DNA of 64,000 bases from Macrostomum lignano (taxonomy: Eukaryota). A program made the position numbers and the translations under genes. Shown one piece after another: positions 48,087-57,904 of the stretch (its first letter is position 1; each line of letters opens with the position of its first letter). Below the pieces are notes generated by a model. That model was not told where the DNA came from. It was given only the letters and a program-made list of their open reading frames with translations, and did no database searches. The stretch is from assembly GCA_002269645.1 (NCBI GenBank), contig NIVC01001708.1, positions 62,001-126,000 on the forward strand. The letters are read 5' to 3'.

Positions 48087-50695
48087 TTCTTCTTCTTCTG
48101 TCCTTTTATCGCCGGGGGGGGGCGTGGACACGGGCACGTTTATTGAGAGGTGCAGGTACGTCTGTGTCTGGCCATGTTGGTCTTGGCCAGGAGTCTGCCG
48201 CAGCTGGGGCACGGTGCTCTCGTGCTGCGGTAGATCCTCGCGCCCAGTTCTTCCACTCTCGCCGGTTGCTCTGGCAGGTGGGCCTGGACTCTCGTTGGTC
48301 CGCAGGTTTTGCGGTGCCGCGCGAAATTCGACTTGCTCCGCCAGCTCCCGCATTGGGCGCACAGGACGAGGCCTCCAGCTTGCTTTTCTCCCTGGCATCG
48401 TTTCTGGTGGTTTTTCCTGGTTGCTTCTGAGGTGAACGTGGTCAAGCAAATTGGGCATGGTAGCTGCACTCTTTCGAAGATGTGGTGCATGCGCCTCTGG
48501 TGGATCGCCAGTCCTCCTCTTGACGCGCAGGTCTTAGTACACCCCTCGTAGCGGCAGCGGTAACCCGTTAGCTCGGATTCGCCCTGCCCGTCCTCTTCTG
48601 GCGGGGTCTCACTTGCCTCTGGTTGTCGCTTTTTTCTTTTGGCCTTCTCCTCCCGGTCCAGTTCTCTTTCGCGTTTCTTTATTCGTTCTTTCCATGCAGT
48701 CCGGTCCGCCACCATCCTCTCGAGGTCTAGCTCGTCGATCTTCGCCCCGCGGAGCATCTTCTTCCAATATGAGACGATCGTCTGCTTCCGTTTCTTGGCT
48801 TTTCGGATGCCCTCCAAGGTCTTATTCCAGCCTAGAATGCACGTCTTAGCTAGGTTCGAGTCGGGTAGGCAGAGCACGTGGCCCATACGCCTCCAGTGCG
48901 CTGCTTCAATTTTGTTGCTGATACTCTTGATGCCGAGTTCTGCGCGCACGTCCCACATATTGACTCCCTTCTCTTCCATTTCTATGAGCGGTGGTCTTGT
49001 CTTCGCGCTCCAGACGTATCTGTACTTTCTGTCCATTGTTTGCTGCATTCTCTTGACCTCGGATTTCTGGAAGGGTCTCGCTCCGGCGTTAAACAGCATG
49101 GTGCTTTCCACGCAGGCTTCGACAATGCGCGCTTGAGTGCGCTTGCTCAGCCGTGTGCGCCGGAGCATGTTCTTTGTTCCGTGCCATGCTTTGGCTGCTC
49201 GTTTCAGTCTTTGCGTCATATCCTGCTTCCTTCCCAGCCAGGTCCCGAGCATCCGGATGTTTCCGCTATCCTCGGTGCCTAGCGTAGCTCTTTCTTCTTT
49301 ATCGTCGTTTGTCCTTTCTTCAAGGTCTGCCATGGTCTCGATGATGACCCTCGTTCCCTGGTTGACCTCGGCTGCGGTCCCGATGACGGTGGTGTCGTCG
49401 GCGAACAATGAGCTCGTGATCTTGATTTCGACCGTCTCGTCGTTGCGGACACCAATTCTTTGCGGAGGTAGGCAGCTGCCTGGTCGGCGGACCCAGCGAA
49501 TCCCGTGCACTTGTCCTGTTTCCTTCGCCAGAGTGGCTCGTCTCTCTTCAGCTAACCTCATGACTGCCTGGTGGAAGATATTAAAGAGTATTGGCGATGT
49601 GGCGCATCCTTCGCGGAGTCCCCGTTGCGGGTAAAACTCCGTGCTCCACTCATTATCACAAAGCACCTTGTACGCGGTAAATTCATGTAGGTCTTTAATC
49701 TTGTCAATCATCTTTTTCGGCATCCTGTAGTGCTCGAGGAGTTCCCACAGTAGTGGCTTGTTGACTCTCGGGTACGCTTTTCGGAGGTCAAGCAGGACGA
49801 TGTTGGTGTCCGTTTCTGGGTCGTAATCCGGGCTCTCGCGGATTTTTTCGGCGTCCTCGTTCAAACGGAGGATGATTTGGGTCGCATCCATGGTGGATCG
49901 TCCTCGCCGGAAGCCAGCTTGATTTTCATCCATCAGTCCCAGCTTCTCCGCCCAGACGCTGAGTCTCGAGGCAATGATGCGTGCGATTATTCGGCTAAGG
50001 CATGGGAGGAGGCAGACGCCGCGGAAATTATTCAGATTTGCTCTGTCTCCCTTTTTGTGAAGTGGTATGATGATCCCCACTTTTTGATCGTTTTCCCATG
50101 TAGATGCTGGATGTTTCCAGAGTCGCTGGATTTCCTGCTTTAGGACTACTTTTGCTTCGTCGCAGGCGTTCCTGATGTACCGTATTCTAAGATCGTCGAC
50201 TCCTGGTGCTCCATCTTTGATTTTAGCAAGCTCCGTCTCTATCTCAGTGTCTTTCAGTTCACTGGCGAGATCCGCGTTTGCAATTTCAATCTCATTTACC
50301 GGTCTGCTCGTAGGGGGCATCCGGTGGACTAGGTGGAGCATTTCTTCTGGGTTGTTCTCGAAACGTTGGTCTTGGATTTTCGAGAGGTGGTTTTTAAACT
50401 CCTCCGCTGAGAAAAGCGGGAGGATCTTGCTGTTATTGCTGTTCTGTGTGTCGCTTTTACCCATTCTCCTCAGGCAGTCATACATCCCTCCGGTGTTTCC
50501 ACTGTCACAATGCCTTTTGCATTCTTCCGCGATTTCGGTCCACCAGCTCTCTTCCCATTCACGGAGCCTGTTTTTTTGTTGTTTTCTGATGGTTTTTAGG
50601 CGCTCTTCTGCCATTTGTACCCTGCTTACTCGCTCTGGTGTTTCTTGCTCGCGGAGCTGTCGTCGTGCGTTGTTCCTCTGTGCTAAGGCATCTTT
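48087..50695 (-). mobile_element. 5'-truncated RTE-like non-LTR retrotransposon (young)
   Basis: Intact RT ORF; short 3' UTR ending in (GAA)4; 5' end fused to the minisatellite. Confidence 0.92.
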
Positions 50696-50704
50696 TAGTG
50701 ACAT
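48140..50704 (-). CDS. LINE reverse transcriptase with four C-terminal zinc fingers (no APE domain)
   Basis: GAPGVD, QAGFRRGRST, DLRKAY, GLREGCATSPILFN, LFADD; C2H2/C2HC fingers at the C-terminus; 854 aa, uninterrupted. Confidence 0.92.
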   Translation of the reverse strand: MSLKDALAQRNNARRQLREQETPERVSRVQMAEERLKTIRKQQKNRLREWEESWWTEIAEECKRHCDSGNTGGMYDCLRRMGKSDTQNSNNSKILPLFSAEEFKNHLSKIQDQRFENNPEEMLHLVHRMPPTSRPVNEIEIANADLASELKDTEIETELAKIKDGAPGVDDLRIRYIRNACDEAKVVLKQEIQRLWKHPASTWENDQKVGIIIPLHKKGDRANLNNFRGVCLLPCLSRIIARIIASRLSVWAEKLGLMDENQAGFRRGRSTMDATQIILRLNEDAEKIRESPDYDPETDTNIVLLDLRKAYPRVNKPLLWELLEHYRMPKKMIDKIKDLHEFTAYKVLCDNEWSTEFYPQRGLREGCATSPILFNIFHQAVMRLAEERRATLAKETGQVHGIRWVRRPGSCLPPQRIGVRNDETVEIKITSSLFADDTTVIGTAAEVNQGTRVIIETMADLEERTNDDKEERATLGTEDSGNIRMLGTWLGRKQDMTQRLKRAAKAWHGTKNMLRRTRLSKRTQARIVEACVESTMLFNAGARPFQKSEVKRMQQTMDRKYRYVWSAKTRPPLIEMEEKGVNMWDVRAELGIKSISNKIEAAHWRRMGHVLCLPDSNLAKTCILGWNKTLEGIRKAKKRKQTIVSYWKKMLRGAKIDELDLERMVADRTAWKERIKKRERELDREEKAKRKKRQPEASETPPEEDGQGESELTGYRCRYEGCTKTCASRGGLAIHQRRMHHIFERVQLPCPICLTTFTSEATRKNHQKRCQGEKQAGGLVLCAQCGSWRSKSNFARHRKTCGPTRVQAHLPEQPARVEELGARIYRSTRAPCPSCGRLLAKTNMARHRRTCTSQ

Positions 50705-51027
50705 TCTGCACTAAAAGACTGGGATAGTGGCATTCTGCACTAAAAGACTGGGATAGTGGCATTCTGCACTAAAAAGACTGGGATAGTGACATTCTGCACT
50801 AAAAGACTGGGATAGTGGCATTCTGCACTAAAAAGACTGGGATAGTGACATTCTGCACTAAAAGACTGGGATAGTGGCATTCTGCACTAAAAAGACTGGG
50901 ATAGTGGCATTCTGCACTAAAAAGACTGGGATAGTGGCATTCTGCACTAAAAGACTGGGATAGTGGCATTCTGCACTAAAAGACTGGGATAGTGACATTC
51001 TGCACTAAAAAGACTGGGATAGTGGCA
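50696..51027. repeat. ~29-30-bp minisatellite, array 2
   Basis: Same unit as 46975-47370; about 11 units. Confidence 0.96.
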
Positions 51028-51734
51028 CACACGGACGGATTCAAGAGGCACTAATTTTATCTTTTCTGTATGAACCAAACCAATATAGCTATACTGATGA
51101 ATTAAAATTGTTCAATACAATGAACTCCCAAATAGTTGCTAATCCAACTGCCGGCTGATTGAAGTGGAGTTAATGCGGTGCAGCACTCTAAACCTGGTTC
51201 TGCGCCACTAAACTGTGTGCGTGACGCCCTCGCATTTCCGAGAAAGGATCCATTTTAAATTCATGCATTAAAACAAATCAATTTAATCTTGCTCTACACT
51301 TCCATAATTGATTTAATCTGCCAAATAATTCCACCGAATGTACTTGCGATACTTTACCCAATAATTTGCGCATATAGGCCCAACACCGGCCCCCCGTAAC
51401 TTGGCATGGCAGTTGCTGTAGTTTAAAATTAGAAATAGTATAGAAAATGCAAGCATAATTAGCAGATGCAACTGAAATTTATGGTTCTGGAATCGATATA
51501 CTCGTATGTCACCGAGGCCCCACTTGTGGGCCAATTACGAGTTAGAATCGCTAATGATTTAAGGCCGGACAGAATCCACTTTTGCTGCGGCACCACGGTT
51601 CTCGCTTGCGGTCTGCGCTGCCACCTTGTGATTGAGCTATCATCATCATCCCCACCATCATCATCATCATCATCATCATCACCATCATCATCACCATCAT
51701 CATCATCATCATCACCATCACCATCATCATCATC

Positions 51735-51740
<6 letters not shown>
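51028..51740. repeat. Right copy of the long direct repeat
   Basis: ORFs 47656..47877 and 51313..51534 translate identically. Confidence 0.93.
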
Positions 51741-51768
<28 letters not shown>

Positions 51769-51806
51769 TCACCATCATCATCACCATCATCATCATCATC
51801 ATCACC

Positions 51807-51838
<32 letters not shown>

Positions 51839-52110
51839 CATCACCATCATCATCATCACCATCATCATCACCGTCATCATCATCATCACCATCCTCATCA
51901 TCACCATCATCACCATCATCATCACCATCATCATAATCACCATCACCATCATCATCATCATCATCATCACCACCATCATCATCATCATCACCATCACCAT
52001 CATCATCATCATCATCATCATAATCATCATCATCATCATCACCATCACCATCATCATCATCATCATCATAATCACAATCATCATCATAATCACCATCATC
52101 ATCATCATCA
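51640..52110. repeat. (CAT)n/(CAC)n microsatellite
   Basis: Visible tandem repeat. Confidence 0.97.
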
Positions 52111-53170
52111 GCATCGTCTTGTTTCTTCCTTTATCGCCGACGCTTCGGATTGGACAGGTCAGTCTCGTTCGCACACTCTTCTATGTATCGCCATATTTGT
52201 TTTTGCTAATAGTCGTCCGCAAATCGGGCATTTTCCTTTCTCGCTGCGGTACACTCTCGCGACTGCCATGATGTGGACTTGCTTGACGGGACTGCCAGGC
52301 TGGCATGCCTTTGCGTGTCTGGCGAAATTTGACCTGCTCTGCCATCGTCCACAGCTTGTGCATTGTACCCTCCCGCTCTCGCTACGTCCGCCTCTGCACC
52401 ACTTTGCGCGGTTCTTGCGTGTGGCTTCTGAGTTGAACGTCGCGTTGCATCCGTTAAATTTGAGTGTTACCTTTGCCTCCCTGTGATGAATCATTCTCTG
52501 ATGTATTGCCAGTCCTCCTCGTGATGCACAGATCTTGTTGCACCCTTCGTATCGACATCGGTAGCCGGTTAGTTCTGTTTCTCTGTCTTCTTCTCTTTCT
52601 GCCTGTGCCCGGGTCCGCGTCTTGGTACCCTCTCGTGCACCCCTTCTCTTCTTCTTGTTTCGCTTGGTCCTCGCGTTGTTTTACAGGTGCTTGCCAGAGC
52701 TCCCTGTCTGTTACCGTTCTTTTGATATCAGTCTCCTTGAGGCCTGCTCTTTTAACTATTTTCTTCCAGAAGGACACGATTGTCTGGTTTCGTAGTCTCG
52801 CCTTCCTCACTCCTTCCAGGTTCTTACTCCATCTCGTGATGCAGATTTTAGCTAGGCTGGTGCCTGGGTTGTTTGATACATGACCCATCCGTCTCCAGTG
52901 CGCTTTTTCTGCTTTCCATTCGATGCTGTCTATGTGGAGTTCTTTTCATACATCCCACATGTTAACGCCTTTTCCTCCATTCGATCAGGGGTGATTTAGT
53001 CTTGCTGCTCCATATGTATCTGCACCTCCTGCCCATTGCCTTCTGCATCTTTTTTAGTTCAGATTTGTAGAACGGGCGGGCTCCCACGTTGAAAAAGAGC
53101 GTACTTTCTACACACACACACGCTTCCAAAATCTTCGCTTGGGTGCGCCGGTGGAGTTTTGTTCTTCGCA

Positions 53171-54436
53171 GTATTTCAAAAGTTCGTAGAAAAGCAGTCT
53201 TTGCATAAAGCTATAGCCTTGAAACTTTTCACAAATACTATTTCATATATCCAAAGCCTACAGCTAAATTTTCAGCAAAATTAATTGAAATGGCCACCAG
53301 AAATCTGCAATAAAACTCTGAACTCCCCACTGCGTTTACTGCGTTCTCCAGAAATGAAGCTGCTGCTGAGATGAAGACTGTACTGCAAGATGAAGCTCCA
53401 TCCCTCAGCACTGTGCACAAGTGGTTTGGTCGCTTTAGAGCCGGCCATTTCAATCTGGCTGACAAGCCAAGAGAAGGTCGTCCAAGAACATCAACAGATT
53501 CCTTAAATGTGGCTGCTGTGCAGTCGGCGTTGAACGAGAATGCAAGACTGACGATTGAGAGGATGGAGGAGAGTTTGGGCATTGATGCCACATCGATTTG
53601 GAGGATCTTGCACGAAGATCTTGGTGTCACCAAGAAAGCTGCCAAATGGGTGCCACGAATCCTCTCGCCTGAGCAGAAGCAGCAGAGAATTGATTTCTGC
53701 AGAAATTTCCTGGATCAGTTCAAAGATGGAGCATCTGCGAATTTCCAGAACATCGTCACAGGTGATGAAGCCTGGTTCCATCAGTACGACCCGCCAACTA
53801 AATCACAGTCGATGGTTTGGTCACTGAAAGGAGCCCCACCTCCCCAAAAGGCGGAGCGGGTGAGGTCAGCTGGGAAAATCATGTTCGCGATTTTCTTCTC
53901 GCCCAGAGGCATCGTAGCCTCAGTGCCTGTTGAGCAAGGCCGCACTGTGACCTCTGATTGGTACGTGACCAGCTGCTTGCCCGCTGTGTTCAATTCCATC
54001 GCAGCTGGCCGCGGCAAAGCTGAGCTACGCCGCTACTTCCTGCATCACGACAACGCACCTGCACACACAGCGAACAACACAGTGCAGCACATTCATGCTT
54101 CTGGCATCAAGCTGCTGAGCGCTCCGCCTTATTCACCGGATCTGGCGCCGTGCGATTTCTGGTTATTTTCGAAAATCAAGCAGCCGCTGCGTGGAAAGTT
54201 GTTTGAGACTCGAGATGAGCTGATTTCTGCTGTGAATGAGCAGCTCAACTCCATTGAAAAAGCTGATTTTAGGGGTTGCTTTGATAGCTGGCTGCAGCGC
54301 ATGCGAACGTGCATAGAAATTGGTGGCGATTACGTTGAGAGATCAGATTGAGATGCTGATTAATGTGTCGCAACCCGCTTTTTGATATCTGCTTGCTTTC
54401 TATCACTTTCTACGAACTTTTGAAATACCCCTCGTA
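53171..54436 (+). mobile_element. mariner DNA transposon
   Basis: TIR gtatttcaaaagttcgtagaaa at left (outer bases deleted) and tttctacgaacttttgaaatacccctcgta at right. Confidence 0.93.
53371..54351 (+). CDS. mariner transposase (D,D34D), N-terminus damaged
   Basis: WVPRIL, IVTGDEAW, HDNAPAH, YSPDLAPCD with 34 residues between the last two Asp; in-frame stop upstream of 53371. Confidence 0.93.
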   Translation: MKTVLQDEAPSLSTVHKWFGRFRAGHFNLADKPREGRPRTSTDSLNVAAVQSALNENARLTIERMEESLGIDATSIWRILHEDLGVTKKAAKWVPRILSPEQKQQRIDFCRNFLDQFKDGASANFQNIVTGDEAWFHQYDPPTKSQSMVWSLKGAPPPQKAERVRSAGKIMFAIFFSPRGIVASVPVEQGRTVTSDWYVTSCLPAVFNSIAAGRGKAELRRYFLHHDNAPAHTANNTVQHIHASGIKLLSAPPYSPDLAPCDFWLFSKIKQPLRGKLFETRDELISAVNEQLNSIEKADFRGCFDSWLQRMRTCIEIGGDYVERSD

Positions 54437-56347
54437 TTCTTTAAACTCCGTTTCAAGCTTGAGCTGCTCTCTTCATTCTCTGTGTTATACGCTGGTATCC
54501 TCTGTACTCCCAAGCCACGTTCCTAGCATCCTGATTTTGTCGTCTTTTTTGTCCTGAGGGTTGCCTTCTCTTCTTTGTCTGTATTTGTTCTCTTCTCTTG
54601 TTCGCCCATCGTTATCTCGATTGTGTCTGTTCCTGATGCTATTTCTTCCGACATGCCTATCAAAGTCATATCGTCCGCGAAATGTGAGTTCGATATGATG
54701 GTGTGTTGGTCGTTTCCTCGTTGTACTCGTATCGTTCTGTTCTTTTGGGCGGTAGCGCGTGTCCTGGCCTATGGACCCACTTCACTCCGTACTGCTTTCC
54801 TTCCTCTCTTGCTTTTTTCGCCCTTTTTCTTCTGCCAGTCGCATGACTGCCTGATGGAATATATTGAAGAGGATAGGTGACGTCGCGCATCCTTCTCTGA
54901 GCCCCCGTTGGGGGTAGAACTCCGTGCTGGTTTCCTTGTCGCATCGCACCTTGTTCGTGCAAGTCCTTGCTGAGAATATTGTTGAGAATGCTCTCTTCTA
55001 GGTATCTCCAAAGCACTGGTTTGTTCACTCTCTGGTAGGCTTTTCTTAGATCCAATAGCGTAATTGCTGTAATCATTCTTCCACTGAAATCTGGGCTGCC
55101 TCATTTTCTTTGAGTCTCAGGATTACTTGGGTGGCGTCTAGGGTGGATCGTCCGCTCCTGAAGCCTGCTTGTGTATCTTTGAGGCGTTCTGTCCATTTGC
55201 TCAGTCTGGTTGCTAGGATTCGCTAGGTTGCTAGGACTCTGCTTACCATCGACAGGAGGCACACTCCCCTGAAATTGTTCATGTTAGCTCTGTCGCTCTT
55301 CTTGTGTAGCGGTACAATGATTCCTGTCTTGTCGCTTGATCTCCACCCGTCTCCGGTTGCTGGAGTCTTCGACAAGCGGTGAATTTTCATCTTCAGGTGC
55401 GTGTTGACTTCTGTACACGCGTCTCTGATATAGCGCATTCTGACGCCATCCTCTCCAGGTGCTCCGTCCTTTATTTTGGCTATCGCTATATCAATTTCAT
55501 CACCGGTTAGTTCCTATGTCAGATCCTTGGTCGCTTCTTCCCTTGTTTGTTCGTCGAGCTCCGGTTTCTGGATCTGTTTGAGTAGTGCATACATTGTGTC
55601 TGGGTCATTTTTGAATCTAACGGCTTGGATGGCTTCCAGGTGATCCCTGAAAACTTCCGCCGAGAACAGTGGTACGGACTTGCTGTTGTTACTGTTAGGT
55701 TGGCAGTTTTTCCCAATTTTCCTCTGACATTCATACATTCCGCCTACGTCCGCAATGTTCTGCCACCATTCCTCTTCCCATCTCTGTATTGCTTCTTTGT
55801 GCTTTTCTCTGCACTCTTTGAGTTGTTCTTTTGTCTGTTCCCTCTCCTCTTCTTGTCTTGCCGTTGCCTCAGGTGTATTGTTCATTCCTGATTCCTTCGT
55901 GCTGTTGCGCCTGGCCAGGGCCTTTGCGATTTCCTTGTTTAAACTCAAGTTCTTTCTCGTGTCCGATCATCCACTCATTCGTTTTGTCTTTTCTTCGTCC
56001 CGCATATCGTCTCTGATTTTCCGGTCCTATCTTTTCATGTTTTCTTCTGTTAGAGTCCTGAAACCTTCTTTGGTTTCTGAGTCGCGTAGGCGTTCCCATA
56101 CGATTTGCTTTTCTTGTGTTTTTGGGTTTCTTCTGGGTATCGCCCTGTGGCGCTCGCAGAAATTCCTGTGTAATGTCACAACTTTCGCTGTAAGGTGGTC
56201 GGATAGGTTTTGCTCACTGTTGGTAAATCACCATGACCATCAATTTGTCAATTTTAATAGCTAGAAGTCTGTTATCCGGTCGTTTTCGCGCCATACCGTT
56301 CACGCGGTGTTGTTCAGCAATATCCCTACTTTGTAGGAGTAGACTAC

Positions 56348-56529
56348 TGTAGTGCTTGTAGTCCGCTTGGCGGATAAGAATCTTAAACCTATAAGAGCCG
56401 TATATTTACGATATATATTCACACAGCTGCAGATGTGCAGCTATGACTTACGCAATACATTGAGGTGCTGAGCACGCTGGCTAGAGAGCAAGAGAAAGGG
56501 CATTGTACACGCATAGGCTGCGCACCACA
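56348..56529 (-). repeat. Probable 3' LTR (182 bp) of the Gypsy element
   Basis: Minus strand: polypurine tract GGGGGAGAGA (56539-56530), then TGTGGTG...CACTACA. Confidence 0.65.
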
Positions 56530-57636
56530 TCTCTCCCCCAAAGCAAAATAAAAGTCCAATACGAAAGGGTTTAAAATTTCATTGCGAAAATTGACGAGAA
56601 AGTTGTAAAGGATTAAAAAAATTAATTAGTAAAACAGTAGCAAAAATTTCGATTTTTGAACGTTTAAATACTTAACCAATCAAAGAATGCCGATCTTAGA
56701 CAGCCTCCCGGCTCAGTTCGAATCAAGTCACTGCTTGTAGCAGACGGGCCGCTTTGCTGTCTTGGGATGAGGCCTCTGCGCAATCGGACCGTCGTTGGCC
56801 GGATTTGCCTCCGTCGCCGGCGCCCCCGGCCGCTGATCGCCGTCCAGCTCGTCAAGGTCCCAGGGGCACTCACGCAGCGGCTTCGCCTCAGTCACATGCC
56901 GCCGAATGACTGCCGTGCCGCGTTGCAGCGTCAGGGTGCCGCCGCTGACTGCTTTGACATGCCAAGGCCGCGGGTCGAACGGACAGCGCAGCTTGGCCTT
57001 GCCGCGGTTTCTGAGCAGCACGCGGGCGCCTGCCAGGATGCCGTGTGGCGCAGCCGATCGCTGCGTGTCGGCCGCCTTGCGCATCGCCTGCTTGTAGCCG
57101 CAGCCGTGGCGCTGCAGCTGCCGTCCGGAGCTGCCGGTTTGCTTTGTCAGGCCAGATGGCAGGATGTCGCCGGTCTCTCGGTTGAACATGAGGTCGTTGG
57201 GCGTGCGGTCGGTGCCTCGGTGCACAGAGTTGCGGTATCCGAGCAGCCACTCGTGGATCGCCCGCCGCCAGTCGTTGCCTTCGGCCGTGGCGGCGTTGAT
57301 GGCCTTGTTGAGGCTGCGGTTGAAGCGCTCCACCTCGCCGTTCGCCGCCGGGTAGAACGGGGTGACCCTGCGCTGTCGAACCCCGAGGCCGTCCAGAAAC
57401 ACACTGAATTCCTCGCTCGTGAAGTAGGTGCCGTTGTCCGTAGTGATCTGCTGCGGCACCCCGAAGCGGCTGAATGATGCCATGACGCAGTTGATGACGC
57501 TGGCGCCATCACCACGTAGAGGTCCTGGAAGGCTTGCTGCTGCTCGCGGTCCCAGACGAATTCCTGGCTTTTCCGTGTTAGTCGCCTCAGCGGCTCCGCT
57601 TTGTTGGCAAGGTGCGGCATGAACTTCTCGAGGTGA

Positions 57637-57904
57637 TTGGCCAGGCCGAGGAACGACCGGACTTCCTTGGCAGACTGTGGATCCTTGAATGCTTGCAGCT
57701 CCGCGATTTTCTCTTCTGATGGCTGGATGCCGAACTTGGAGAGCGTCATAGCCATGAACTTGGCCTTGCCGATGCCCCAGTGGCACTTGCTGGTATTCAG
57801 GGTGATGCCATTGTCACGCAGTCTGGTCAGGCAGGCTGCCACGTGTTCTTGGTGAACTTCAGGGCCCTGACTGGATGATGATGTCGTCGTGGATCCACTT
57901 AACA
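57637..57904. repeat. 268-bp target-site duplication, left copy
   Basis: Identical by eye to 61512-61779; ORFs 57637..57855 and 61512..61730 translate identically. Confidence 0.95.

Larger units (their letters stand above)
52111..56347 (-). mobile_element. Old degenerate RTE-like LINE, 3' part (zinc fingers, RT, part of APE), interrupted by mariner
   Basis: Frameshifted fragments homologous to the 48140-50704 ORF (CGRLLAKTNMA, DLRKAYQRVNKP, FRGVCLL); APE motifs KVGILL, RLLAIKI and SDH. Confidence 0.88.

Noticed and set aside
47894-52486. Poly-His, poly-Met and poly-Ser ORFs (also 63459-63809)
   Set aside because: (CAT)n microsatellite translations.
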